This document shows positions 55,327 to 64,000 of a stretch of DNA of 64,000 nt, piece after piece. Under the pieces are notes generated by a model. That model was not told the DNA's origin. It did not search any database and saw nothing but the letters and a program-made list of their open reading frames with translations. Every line of letters begins with the position of its first letter. The first letter of the stretch is position 1. Origin of the DNA: Bacteroidales bacterium (lineage in GTDB: Bacteria; Bacteroidota; Bacteroidia; Bacteroidales; UBA7960); contig PWJC01000044.1 in the NCBI GenBank assembly GCA_003560165.1, positions 2,815 to 66,814 on the forward strand, in the 5' to 3' direction. The translations under genes and the position numbers were made by a program.

Positions 55327-56223
55327 TCACCGGCCGGTATTTATTTTCCGGTTGGCCAGGTACACCCCGGCCAGTATCAACCCGATCCAAAGTATATACA
55401 AAGGCAGGAACAGCTCCCCGTCGGTGAGGCCCCACATGATGGACACAATGGGCATCATATAGGTTACCGTGGAGGTGAACAGGGCAGAGGTGCGCCTGAT
55501 AAGCCAGTTGTGGATGATCATGGCCAGGGCGGTCCCCACTACCGCCAAAATGGTGATATACCCCAGGCTTTTCCATGCATGGGGATTGCCGGTCATGGTC
55601 GAGGTAAAATCGGTGGCAGCAAAGAGGTAAACCAGGCTGGGCAGCCCGATAAAGGCAAACGCCACCGAGGTAATGGTCATGGCACCGAAACCGGAAAGGT
55701 ATTGCTTGATGATGTTCATGTTAGTGGCATAGCAAATGGCTGCCACCACGGCAAAGAGCCCGTACCACATATTGCCCGCCTGCCCGCTTCCGGCCACGGT
55801 CAGCAGACCGATGGCGCCGGCCAGGCCGATAAATACCCCCGCTGCATTCACCCAGCGGGTCCGGATCCCGAAAAACACCACCCCGATAAGCAGGGTGAAC
55901 AGGGGGGTCAGTGAATTCAGCACCCCGGCCATGTAACTGTCGATCACGGTCTGGGCCCTGGCAAACAAAAAGGGCGGAAGGCCGTTGCCGATGATGCCTG
56001 AAGCCAGGAAATAGATCAGGAAGCGCGGTGGTACTTTTTTGAGATGCCGGACCACAAAAGGGGAAAGCACCAGAAAGGAGATCGAGATGCGCAGGGCTCC
56101 CACCTCCGCACTGCTGAAGGCCACCAAACCCCGCTTGATCAATATGAACGAACTGCCCCATACCAGCACCAGCACCAGGAGTGCCAGCCAGTCGTACCCG
56201 GAGGGTTTGTTGTTTCTGCTCAT
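55327..56223 (-). CDS. EamA/DMT family transporter
   Basis: 298 aa with about 10 TM helices and two EamA-like halves (WGSSFILIK...). Confidence 0.8.
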   Translation of the reverse strand: MSRNNKPSGYDWLALLVLVLVWGSSFILIKRGLVAFSSAEVGALRISISFLVLSPFVVRHLKKVPPRFLIYFLASGIIGNGLPPFLFARAQTVIDSYMAGVLNSLTPLFTLLIGVVFFGIRTRWVNAAGVFIGLAGAIGLLTVAGSGQAGNMWYGLFAVVAAICYATNMNIIKQYLSGFGAMTITSVAFAFIGLPSLVYLFAATDFTSTMTGNPHAWKSLGYITILAVVGTALAMIIHNWLIRRTSALFTSTVTYMMPIVSIMWGLTDGELFLPLYILWIGLILAGVYLANRKINTGR

Positions 56224-56241
56224 GCCACGATTGCCCTTTCA

Positions 56242-56260
56242 CGGCCGGAAGGCCCGGCCG
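56242..56260 (-). terminator. GC-rich stem-loop between lon and the EamA gene (lon terminator or eamA leader structure)
   Basis: CGGCCGG(56242-56248) pairs with CCGGCCG(56254-56260) around a 5-nt loop. No U-tract follows. Confidence 0.35.
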
Positions 56261-56263
56261 CGG

Positions 56264-56271
56264 CAAAGATA
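56264..56271 (-). promoter_or_regulatory. candidate -7 promoter box for the EamA transporter gene
   Basis: The minus strand reads TATCTTTG (exact TAnnTTTG), 40 nt upstream of ATG 56223 and 12 nt past the lon stop. Confidence 0.35.
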
Positions 56272-56282
56272 CAAAACAAGCC

Positions 56283-58673
56283 TTAAGCATCGCCGTCCAG
56301 GCGGGCAATACGCAGCACCTGTTCGAAATGCTCCACAAAATGCGGGGTGATCCCCTCTTTCAGGTGATCGGGCAATTCTTCGAAGTTGTTGCGGTTTTCG
56401 GCAGGAAATATCAGCTCATATACCTTTACCCGGCGCGCCGCAATGGTCTTTTCGCGGATGCCGCCCACAGGCAGCACCCTGCCCGTAAGTGTCAATTCTC
56501 CTGTCATGGCCAGGCCTTTTTTTGCCGCCCTGCCCCTGGCCAGTGAAACCAGAGCCAGGGCCATGGTAATGCCGGCCGAAGGCCCATCTTTTGGGGTGGC
56601 GCCAGCAGGTACATGAAGGTGGATAAAATGCTTGTCGAAAAAATGGTTGGCTGGCTTCTCCTTTCCCATCGCCGACCGCACATACGAATAGGCAATGTCG
56701 ACCGATTCCTGCATCACATTGCCAAGCTGCCCCGTCTGTTTGAGGCTGCCCGTTTTGGCTGCCACCGAATTGGCCTCGATATAGAGGGTGGCACCGCCAA
56801 GGGCCGTCCAGGCCAACCCCAGCACCACCCCCGGAATGGGTTTCTTGTAGAGCTCTTCGGTGGTAAATACGGGCTGTCCCAAAAAATCCTTCAGATTCCT
56901 TCGGCTCACGTTCACCCTGGGGCTGCCTTCTTCGGCCTGTATGAGGGTGGCTTTGCGCATGATCTTTTTGATGTTGTTTTCCATGCTCCTAACGCCGGCC
57001 TCACGGGCATAACCGTCGGCAATGGAAACCAGGGCCGGGTCGGTGATGTTCACCTCACTGGCTTTCAGGCCGTGCTCCTTTCGCTGCTTGGGGATCAGGT
57101 AGCGCTTGGCGATCTGTATCTTCTCTTTCATGATATAGCCCGAAAGCTTGATGATCTCCATGCGGTCGAGTAAAGGCCTGGGGATGGTGTCTGTCTGATT
57201 GGCCGTGGTAACAAAGAGGATGTTTGACAGATCGAATCTCACATCGAGGAAGTGGTCTAAAAAATGCATGTTCTGCTCCGGATCAAGCACCTCGAGCAAT
57301 GCCGAGGCCGGATCGCCCTGAAAGCTGATGCCGATCTTGTCGATCTCATCGAGCATGATCACGGGGTTGGAAACCCCGGTGCGCTTCAGGCTCTGTATCA
57401 TCTTGCCCGGCATGGCCCCGATATAGGTCCGGCGGTGTCCCTTGATCTCTGCCTCGTCGCGCATCCCCCCCAGTGAAAAGCGGTAGAACTTGCGCTCCAG
57501 CGAGTTGGCGATTGATTTACCCACAGAGGTCTTCCCCACCCCCGGAGGGCCCACCAGGCAGATAATGGAACCGGAAACCCTGCGGCGCTTGACAATGGTG
57601 CCGATGAACTCCAGGATGCGCTGCTTGACGTCCTTAAGCCCGTAATGATCTGCATCGAGTATGGCCCTGGCCTTTGTCAGGTCGTAGTTGTCGTCCGAAA
57701 AAACCCCCCAGGGCAGATCGGCCAGCCAGTTCAGGTAATTGCGCGATACCTGGTATTCGGCCGAAACACTTTCCAGTGTCCTTAATTTTTCCATTTCTTC
57801 CTCCACGACCCTGGCAGCCTCTTCGGTCAACCTCCGTTTTTTCAGTTTTTCCCGGATTTTTTCAATTTCTGTCGACTTCTCGTCTTTCTCCAACCCGAGT
57901 TCCTTCTTGATCACCTTCAGCTGCTCCCTCAGAAAGAACTCCCGCTGATGGGCAGATACCTTCTCCTCGATCTGTTTCTGGATGTCCTTTTGCAGCTGGC
58001 TGAGTTCAATCTCCTGCTTCAGGAGCAGCAAGAGCTTTTCGCTGCGCTGAAACAGGTTGGTGGTTTCCAGTATGTCCTGGAGCTTATCTCCCTCGGCTGT
58101 CAAAAAACTGGCCACCAGGTCCATCAACAGCCCGGGCTTTTCCATGCCCACCTGCGACAGGGCCAGGCGCATCTGTTCCTGAAACATGGGGTTAAGCTTG
58201 ATCAGTTCCTTTACCGAATTGATCACGGCGAGGGTATAGGCCTTTAATTCGTCGGAAGGGGTTTCCTTCTTGTCCGATTCGTAGTTCACCTGCCAGTGCG
58301 GGATGCCATGCCTGACCACCTCCCTCACATAGAAGAAACGCGTAAGGGCCTGGCCTATGAACTGAATGCCTTCGTCCGAACGGTTCGTTACCTTGACGAT
58401 CTTGATCAGTGTCCCCGTTTTGTAAAGCTCCGAATCGAGGAAGCTTTCGGTGTTCTCCTCCCTGATCAGCGAAACCCCGAGAAAACCGTTGTTATTCTTA
58501 ATGGCATTCTCCACCCGGTTTACGATCTCCTCGTTCATAAACGTGAGAGGAAGGGCAAGGCCGGGGAAAACAGGCCGGTTTTCAAGAGGGATGACCACGA
58601 TGTTGTCGGGAAAAATGTCGGAAACCAGGACCAGGTTGGCATTGCCCTGGGGGTTTTGCTGTTTGTCAGTCAT
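56283..58673 (-). CDS. lon: ATP-dependent protease Lon (endopeptidase La)
   Basis: 796 aa with an N-terminal LON domain, AAA+ Walker A GPPGVGKTS, Walker B IMLDEIDK and the protease active site PKDGPSAG. Confidence 0.97.
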   Translation of the reverse strand: MTDKQQNPQGNANLVLVSDIFPDNIVVIPLENRPVFPGLALPLTFMNEEIVNRVENAIKNNNGFLGVSLIREENTESFLDSELYKTGTLIKIVKVTNRSDEGIQFIGQALTRFFYVREVVRHGIPHWQVNYESDKKETPSDELKAYTLAVINSVKELIKLNPMFQEQMRLALSQVGMEKPGLLMDLVASFLTAEGDKLQDILETTNLFQRSEKLLLLLKQEIELSQLQKDIQKQIEEKVSAHQREFFLREQLKVIKKELGLEKDEKSTEIEKIREKLKKRRLTEEAARVVEEEMEKLRTLESVSAEYQVSRNYLNWLADLPWGVFSDDNYDLTKARAILDADHYGLKDVKQRILEFIGTIVKRRRVSGSIICLVGPPGVGKTSVGKSIANSLERKFYRFSLGGMRDEAEIKGHRRTYIGAMPGKMIQSLKRTGVSNPVIMLDEIDKIGISFQGDPASALLEVLDPEQNMHFLDHFLDVRFDLSNILFVTTANQTDTIPRPLLDRMEIIKLSGYIMKEKIQIAKRYLIPKQRKEHGLKASEVNITDPALVSIADGYAREAGVRSMENNIKKIMRKATLIQAEEGSPRVNVSRRNLKDFLGQPVFTTEELYKKPIPGVVLGLAWTALGGATLYIEANSVAAKTGSLKQTGQLGNVMQESVDIAYSYVRSAMGKEKPANHFFDKHFIHLHVPAGATPKDGPSAGITMALALVSLARGRAAKKGLAMTGELTLTGRVLPVGGIREKTIAARRVKVYELIFPAENRNNFEELPDHLKEGITPHFVEHFEQVLRIARLDGDA

Positions 58674-58883
58674 TCCGAAGGTTTTTTATATATTTGTTTA
58701 CCACAGGCTTTCTGGTTTCAAATGCCATGCCATACCGGGGCAATCTGCTCTGCATAGAGGCATTGCGTTCTGAAAAACAGCAACCTAAAGCCAGAAACGG
58801 GGCGGAGAGCCAGGCCATGATTGCAGGGGGGGACTGCAAAATAATCACCAATTATTACACAGTGTATAAAATAATCCACACTT

Positions 58884-59411
58884 ATGAGCGGTACAAAAAA
58901 CTACCGGGGCGTATCCATCCAGGCCATCCGCGGCAATATTGCTGATCAGCCCGACATGACAGCCATTGTTAACGCAGCCAACGCCTCCCTCAGCCCGGGC
59001 GGTGGAGTGGCCGGCGCCATCCATCGCGCCGCAGGCCCCGGGCTGGAGGAAGAATGCCGTCCCCTGGCCCCGATCCGTCCGGGAGAAGCCGTAATCACCT
59101 CTGCACACGATTTGCCGAACAAATACGTGATCCATTGCCTGGGCCCGGTGTACGGTCGCGACAAACCCGAAGACCGCCTCCTGGCCGAATGCTACCGCAA
59201 TGCCCTGCTACTGGCCGACAAAGAGGGCATCGACTCCATAGCCTTTCCGGCCATTTCGGCCGGTGCTTTCGGCTATCCGCTCAAAAAGGCCCTCCAGGTG
59301 GGGCTGCAGACCATCCGCGAGAGCATTCCTTCTTTTCAGAATGTAAAAAAAATACGTATGGTGTTGTTCAGCGAAAGCGACCTGGAAGCCTTTATACAGC
59401 TTTTGGACTGA
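58884..59411 (+). CDS. macro domain protein (O-acetyl-ADP-ribose deacetylase-like)
   Basis: 175 aa with AIVNAANASLSPGGGVAGAIHRAAG, VIHCLGP and IAFPAISAGAFGYP, as in the YmdB/MacroD type. Confidence 0.85.
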   Translation: MSGTKNYRGVSIQAIRGNIADQPDMTAIVNAANASLSPGGGVAGAIHRAAGPGLEEECRPLAPIRPGEAVITSAHDLPNKYVIHCLGPVYGRDKPEDRLLAECYRNALLLADKEGIDSIAFPAISAGAFGYPLKKALQVGLQTIRESIPSFQNVKKIRMVLFSESDLEAFIQLLD

Positions 59412-59455
59412 AGCGGCCCACTGGCGGCTTCCAAAACCAAAAACCGGTTCTTTTC

Positions 59456-61909
59456 ATGCCAAAAAACAGCAAACAATCTCCATGGCCGGGGTTCGCGATG
59501 GCCATAGCCATTTTACTGACAGTTTCCCTGAGCTATGTGATGAACCGCCCCCCGGCTGTGGTTCCTGTCCAAGCCCCCGAAGAAGTGTTCTCTGCCCAAC
59601 GGGCTGCCTGGCATCTGGAACAGATCGCCAATGAAAGGAACCCCATCGGCAGCCCGGCAAACGAAAGGGTCCGCCGCTACATCTTCGAACAGCTCGAATT
59701 GTTGGGGGCAGCCCCCCAATTGCAGATACAGGAAGTCTTTGATCCCGTCGGGCAGCGGGCCGCCACCCTGGGAAATGTGCTGGCCAGGATCCCTGGCACC
59801 GGCGGGGGACAGGCCATCCTGATCATGGGACATTACGATACCGTGGCCGATGCCTACGGGGCTTCCGACAACGGCTCGGCGGTAGTCACCATGCTGGAGC
59901 TGATCAGGATGCTGGGCCACCACCCACCTCTCAGCAACGACCTGGTTTTTTTCTTTCCTGACGGGGAGGAGGTAGGGTTGCTGGGGGCCAGGGCCTTTCT
60001 GGCCGACCATCCCTGGGCCACCGACGTTGACCTGGTAATCAATCTGGAGGCCAGGGGGACCAAAGGCCAGAGCATATTGTTCGAAACCGGCAGCGGCAAC
60101 CTGGAAACGATCCGGGCCTACTCCAGGGCTGTTCCCTTCCCCACGGGCAACTCCCTTGCCGTGGAGGTGTACAACCGCATGCCCACATCCACCGACTTCA
60201 CTGTTTTCAGGGCGGCAGGGTACCAGGGCCTGAACTTTGCCTACATCGACAACGGCTTTGATTACCATACCGGGGGCGATAACATCGAAAACACCGACCT
60301 CCGTTCGATACAACACCACGGGGAGCACGTGGCAGCCCTGATCCTTTCGCTGGGCAATGACGGCGCTGACCGGGTGTCGGAACAGGACGCCGTTTACTTC
60401 AACACCCTGGGATATGGGTTCGTGTATTACCCTTACGGCCGGGTAGCTGCCACCAGCCTGCTGGTGGCTTTGCTGACCCTGGCTCTTACCGGGCTGGGGA
60501 TCTTCCGCAAAAAGATCGACCCCCTGAAACTGCTTTGCGCACTGGCGTCTTTTGGCATCCTGCTGTTGCTGTTGTACGCGGGTTCTGGCGCTACAGGCCG
60601 GATATTGCAAAATAACTTCCCGGGAGGGGATTTCCGGTTGCTCGAATACAACCACCGGGGCATTCTCCTGGGCCTGGTGTTGCTCTCCTGGGGTTTCAGC
60701 ACGATCTATTTCCGCCTGCTCACGCGGGGGATCAGGGCCCGGGAGGCTTTTGCCCTGCCTGCCGCGGTGCTGGCCCTGCTGGTTTGGAGCGGGCAGTTTC
60801 ACTGGCTGATGGTGATGGCTGGCCTGGGCGTCTGGGCCTGGCTCTGGCTGGCCCACCGCAAACCCTCTGCTACCTGGGAGTTGACCTCCGGGGCCATCAT
60901 GGCCTGGGTGGGGCTGATGATCTTCAGCAGTTTTTCAGTAAAGGGTGCCAGCTTCCTGTTCACATGGCCGCTGCTTTTCAGCCTGCTGCCCATGGGTGTG
61001 GCCATGCTGGCCAGAGGGAAAATGGAAGACGGGCTGCCCATGGGCATACTGCTGCTGGTATCTGCCATCCCTCTGCTGTCCTGGTTCGCCATCCTCCTTT
61101 ATTTGTTCCATGTGGCCATGGGACTGCAGGCCATGGCGATCACCATCACCGCAGCCGGGCTGGCCACCGGGCTGCTGATCCCGCATTCCGGCATCATGAC
61201 CCGGCAGAGGCCATGGCTGATCCCGGGACTGCTTATGGGAGGGGGGCTGGTCTTTTTTCTGACCGCCACCCTGGTAACCGGCTACGACCAGCGCCACAGG
61301 AAAGAAAACAACATCATGTACGTCAGCAGCGACATTACCGGCGAAACCTACTGGATAAGCCTTGACAGCGAGGTCGATGAATGGACAGAACAGTTTCTGG
61401 GCACAGAGCCCGACACCATTGACCTGGGTGCCTTTTTCCCCCTGAGCACCCGCAAGGTACTTGCCAGGCAAACTTCTACCCCGGCCATACCGCCTCCTTC
61501 GGTCCGGGTGCTTTCCGACAGGGTCGAGCAGGGGCGGCGGGAGCTGAGCCTGGAGGTGGTTCCGCGGAAGGAAGCCTCCCGCTTGGTTTTCTATTTCGAC
61601 AGTGGCGAAGGGCAAACCGGGCTGCAAATCGGGGATCTGAAAAGGCATGTACTGCGCCCCCGGCCGGGTTCCGGCCGGGCCGTGCTGACCTATTTTGCCC
61701 CCCCCGAAGCGGGCATCACCCTGAACATCAGCACCGGTGAGGGGCAACCGGTGGGGTTCTGGTATACAGTGCACGACGATACCGGCGTCCCTGCTTTTGC
61801 GGGCCACAAAGAAAGGCCTCCCCATATGATGCGTAAGGGGGATCAATCGGTCATCAGCGGGTATGTCCTTTTTGAACAGTCCCCGACACCAAACGTCCCG
61901 CCGAGGTAG
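59456..61909 (+). CDS. M28 family metallopeptidase fused to a polytopic membrane domain
   Basis: 817 aa from ATG 59456 with an N-terminal TM helix, M28 motifs (GHYDTV, DGEEVGLLGA, NLEARG) and then about 8 TM helices. The 951-aa ORF-track version overlaps the macro gene with a P/R-rich extension. Confidence 0.75.
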   Translation: MPKNSKQSPWPGFAMAIAILLTVSLSYVMNRPPAVVPVQAPEEVFSAQRAAWHLEQIANERNPIGSPANERVRRYIFEQLELLGAAPQLQIQEVFDPVGQRAATLGNVLARIPGTGGGQAILIMGHYDTVADAYGASDNGSAVVTMLELIRMLGHHPPLSNDLVFFFPDGEEVGLLGARAFLADHPWATDVDLVINLEARGTKGQSILFETGSGNLETIRAYSRAVPFPTGNSLAVEVYNRMPTSTDFTVFRAAGYQGLNFAYIDNGFDYHTGGDNIENTDLRSIQHHGEHVAALILSLGNDGADRVSEQDAVYFNTLGYGFVYYPYGRVAATSLLVALLTLALTGLGIFRKKIDPLKLLCALASFGILLLLLYAGSGATGRILQNNFPGGDFRLLEYNHRGILLGLVLLSWGFSTIYFRLLTRGIRAREAFALPAAVLALLVWSGQFHWLMVMAGLGVWAWLWLAHRKPSATWELTSGAIMAWVGLMIFSSFSVKGASFLFTWPLLFSLLPMGVAMLARGKMEDGLPMGILLLVSAIPLLSWFAILLYLFHVAMGLQAMAITITAAGLATGLLIPHSGIMTRQRPWLIPGLLMGGGLVFFLTATLVTGYDQRHRKENNIMYVSSDITGETYWISLDSEVDEWTEQFLGTEPDTIDLGAFFPLSTRKVLARQTSTPAIPPPSVRVLSDRVEQGRRELSLEVVPRKEASRLVFYFDSGEGQTGLQIGDLKRHVLRPRPGSGRAVLTYFAPPEAGITLNISTGEGQPVGFWYTVHDDTGVPAFAGHKERPPHMMRKGDQSVISGYVLFEQSPTPNVPPR

Positions 61910-61931
61910 GTTCGGTTAAAAATACAGGCAG

Positions 61932-64000
61932 ATGGTGAGCGTTGAGATTTTCCTGGTATTGGGTATTTTGGGCATGGCCCTGCTGTTGTTCTTTACCTCC
62001 TGGGTAAGGATGGACATCGTGGCCCTGCTGGTATTGGGCACCCTCGCCTTTACGGGCATTGTCACCCCCCAGCAGGCCCTTTCGGGATTCAGCAACCCGG
62101 CCGTGGTCACCGTATGGGCCATGTTCATCCTGAGCGCCGCGCTCTACCAGACCGGGGTTGCCCGCCTTATTGGCCGTCAGGTACTCCGGGTGTCGGGGGG
62201 TGGGGAAGGCCGTCTTACCGCCATGATCATGCTCACGGCAGGCCTGATGTCGGCCTTCATGAACAATGTCGGTGTGGTGGCACTGATGTTGCCGGTGGTC
62301 ATGGACATGGCCAGGTCGAAAAATATCACACCCTCCCGGCTGTTGTTGCCCCTGGCCTACGGGGCCATGCTCGGGGGGCTGACCACCCTGATCGGGACCC
62401 CCCCCAACCTGTTGATCAGCTATGCGCTGGAAGAGGGTGGCCACGTCCCTTTCCGGTTGTTCGACTATACCCCCATCGGACTGGCTGCCCTGCTTGCCGG
62501 GGTGATTTTCATGACCCTGATCGGCCGGCGCCTGTTGCCCAGGCGGGATGCCATCGGCGAAGCGAAAAAGCAGCGGCAGCACCTGGCTGTCGCATCCTAC
62601 GATTTGAAGGAGCGCAGCTTTTTGATCAGGGTGAAGCCCACCTCATCGCTGACGGGGAAAACCCTGGCTGAAAGCCGGCTGCGTGCAGGGCTTGGGCTGA
62701 ATGTACTGGCCATTATCCGTGGCGATGTCACCCTGCTCGACCCCGGCCCCACCACCATCGTCCGGGCCAACGACACCCTGCATGTTCAGGGCAAGGCCGA
62801 GGCCATCAAGGCAATGCAGCACTGGAAAGTTGTTTTGCCTTCCCAGGCTGGCATCGACATCAGAGAACTGCTGACCCCCGGCTTGCTGGTGTTTGAGGCC
62901 ATGCTGGCCCCCCGGTCGTCTCTTACCGGCAAAAGGCTGAGTGATACCGACTTTAGAAAACGCCTGGGCATCAATGTGCTGGCCGTGAACAGGGCGGGGA
63001 ACATCAAGCGGAGCCTGCTCCACGACCTTGTCCTCACTGAGAACGACGTATTGCTGCTTCAGGCCCCCCCCGACAGGCTGGAGATCCTTGAAAAAGAAGG
63101 AAAGATCGCCGGCCTGAAGCCAGCAGGCAAACGGGAGATGATTGAAAAGTACAAGCTGGATGACACGCTGTTCATCATGGAAGTCAGCGAAGACGCCAAA
63201 CTTTTTGAACGGGCCATCGCAGAAAGCCAGATTGGCAGCGCATTCGGCCTGACAGTCCTGGGGGTTTTTGACGATGACGACAAATTAACGCCTTACTCCC
63301 CAGGCACTACCATACAGGCCAGCGACCGGCTGCTGGTAAAGGGAAACATTTACGACCTGCCCCTGCTGCGCGACCTCGACCAAATCGAATTGCTGGAAGA
63401 GTCGCCTCCCGGGATGCAGAGCCTGGAGTCGGACCAGGTGCAGATGGCCGAGGTGGTGCTTGCACCCCGCTCCCTGCTGGCCGGCAAGACCTTGCGGGAG
63501 ATCAACTTCCGGCAAAAATACGGCCTCACTGTGCTGGCCATATGGCAGGAGGGGTATGCCCACAGGACCAACCTGCACAACATGCCGCTGAAGTTCGGGG
63601 AAGCATTGCTGTTATACGGCAGGCGGGAAAAGCTTGAGCTGATCGAAAGCGAACCGGATTTCATCCTCCTCACCGAAATGGGCAGGCAGCCACAACGCAC
63701 CGGCAAGGCCATGACATCGGCCCTGGTGATGGCCGGCATTCTCATCCCGGTACTGCTGGGGGTGATCCCCTTAGCCATTGCCGCAGTGACCGGGGTGGCA
63801 CTGATGGTCATTACCGGTTGCTTGAAAATGGAGGAAGCCTACCGGGCCATCGAATGGAAGGCTGTATTTCTGATCGCCGGCATGCTGCCCCTGGGTATTG
63901 CCATGGAACAAAGCGGTGCTGCCAGCCTGGTGGCCAGCGCTGTGGTAAATACCCTGGGGCATTTTGGTCACTGGGGGGTTATTGCCGGTCTCTACCTGCT
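61932..64000 (+). CDS. SLC13/DASS family permease with internal TrkA-C (RCK_C) domains; 3' end beyond window
   Basis: My own translation from ATG 61932 stays open to the window end, so it is not in the ORF track because no stop occurs. It reads MVSVEIFLVLGILGMALLLFF..., GGLTTLIGTPPN, with repeated RCK_C-like segments (LTGKTLAESRLRAGLGLNVLAIIRG; LTGKRLSDTDFRKRLGINVLAVNR; LAGKTLREINFRQKYGLTVLAIWQ). Confidence 0.8.
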   Translation, partial: MVSVEIFLVLGILGMALLLFFTSWVRMDIVALLVLGTLAFTGIVTPQQALSGFSNPAVVTVWAMFILSAALYQTGVARLIGRQVLRVSGGGEGRLTAMIMLTAGLMSAFMNNVGVVALMLPVVMDMARSKNITPSRLLLPLAYGAMLGGLTTLIGTPPNLLISYALEEGGHVPFRLFDYTPIGLAALLAGVIFMTLIGRRLLPRRDAIGEAKKQRQHLAVASYDLKERSFLIRVKPTSSLTGKTLAESRLRAGLGLNVLAIIRGDVTLLDPGPTTIVRANDTLHVQGKAEAIKAMQHWKVVLPSQAGIDIRELLTPGLLVFEAMLAPRSSLTGKRLSDTDFRKRLGINVLAVNRAGNIKRSLLHDLVLTENDVLLLQAPPDRLEILEKEGKIAGLKPAGKREMIEKYKLDDTLFIMEVSEDAKLFERAIAESQIGSAFGLTVLGVFDDDDKLTPYSPGTTIQASDRLLVKGNIYDLPLLRDLDQIELLEESPPGMQSLESDQVQMAEVVLAPRSLLAGKTLREINFRQKYGLTVLAIWQEGYAHRTNLHNMPLKFGEALLLYGRREKLELIESEPDFILLTEMGRQPQRTGKAMTSALVMAGILIPVLLGVIPLAIAAVTGVALMVITGCLKMEEAYRAIEWKAVFLIAGMLPLGIAMEQSGAASLVASAVVNTLGHFGHWGVIAGLYL

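Noticed and set aside
58689-58883. Plus-strand TATATTTG box at 58689-58696, 187 nt upstream of the macro-domain gene, suggesting a small RNA or long leader. An 83-aa ORF lies at 58694-58945.
   Set aside because: The region contains only short, unconvincing hairpins. The ORF starts at TTG, overlaps the macro gene out of frame and looks non-protein-like. A single 8-mer match is within chance expectation. This could be revisited with TSS data.
1-64000. tRNA, rRNA, tmRNA/RNase P/SRP RNA genes, transposases, integrases, prophage or defence-system genes.
   Set aside because: I inspected every intergenic gap longer than 100 nt: 5.7, 6.8, 18.0, 20.4, 25.8, 32.5, 36.4, 40.2, 43.0, 44.8, 45.9, 46.7 and 58.8 kb. 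I saw no cloverleaf-like or other convincing structured-RNA candidate and no mobile or defence gene families among the ORFs. Covariance-model scans (tRNAscan-SE, Infernal/Rfam) would be the decisive check.

Overview
This 64-kb chromosomal segment reads as a Bacteroidota-type genome. It looks moderately GC-rich by eye, and start codons sit in A-rich contexts with no Shine-Dalgarno-like leaders. Exact TAnnTTTG '-7' boxes lie upstream of many operon-leading genes. There is a TonB-dependent receptor with a CarboxypepD_reg N-domain and an OmpA/TPR/TolB-like protein. About 50 tightly packed genes are overwhelmingly housekeeping: alaS, serS, gcvP, dnaB, dnaK, lon, ffh, folD, queE, thyA-folA, rpmB, rplU-rpmA, rsmA, hppA, iorAB, hldD, aspartate kinase and tpx. 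I saw no rRNA, tRNA, CRISPR array, transposase/integrase or recognisable defence genes. The least ordinary stretch is 42.3-46.6 kb. It holds two back-to-back heptanucleotide tandem-repeat arrays upstream of tpx and a DnaB C-terminal-domain-only paralogue followed by a DUF2148 Fe-S protein. Divergent from these is a CarH/LitR-type B12-binding MerR regulator (Wx9EH and ExHxxG motifs present), then a roughly 23% G+C island and an ECF sigma factor, with no carotenoid genes nearby. Other points worth a second look are a PP2C-like/TM/LysM protein, -7 boxes that abut the ATG of gcvP and dnaB (possible leaderless mRNAs), a 19-nt element shared by two promoters, and unusual extra domains on an MFS and a NupC transporter. 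I do not see a clear-cut novel multi-gene system, so these candidates carry modest interest scores. All family assignments rest on motif recognition by eye, not database searches.
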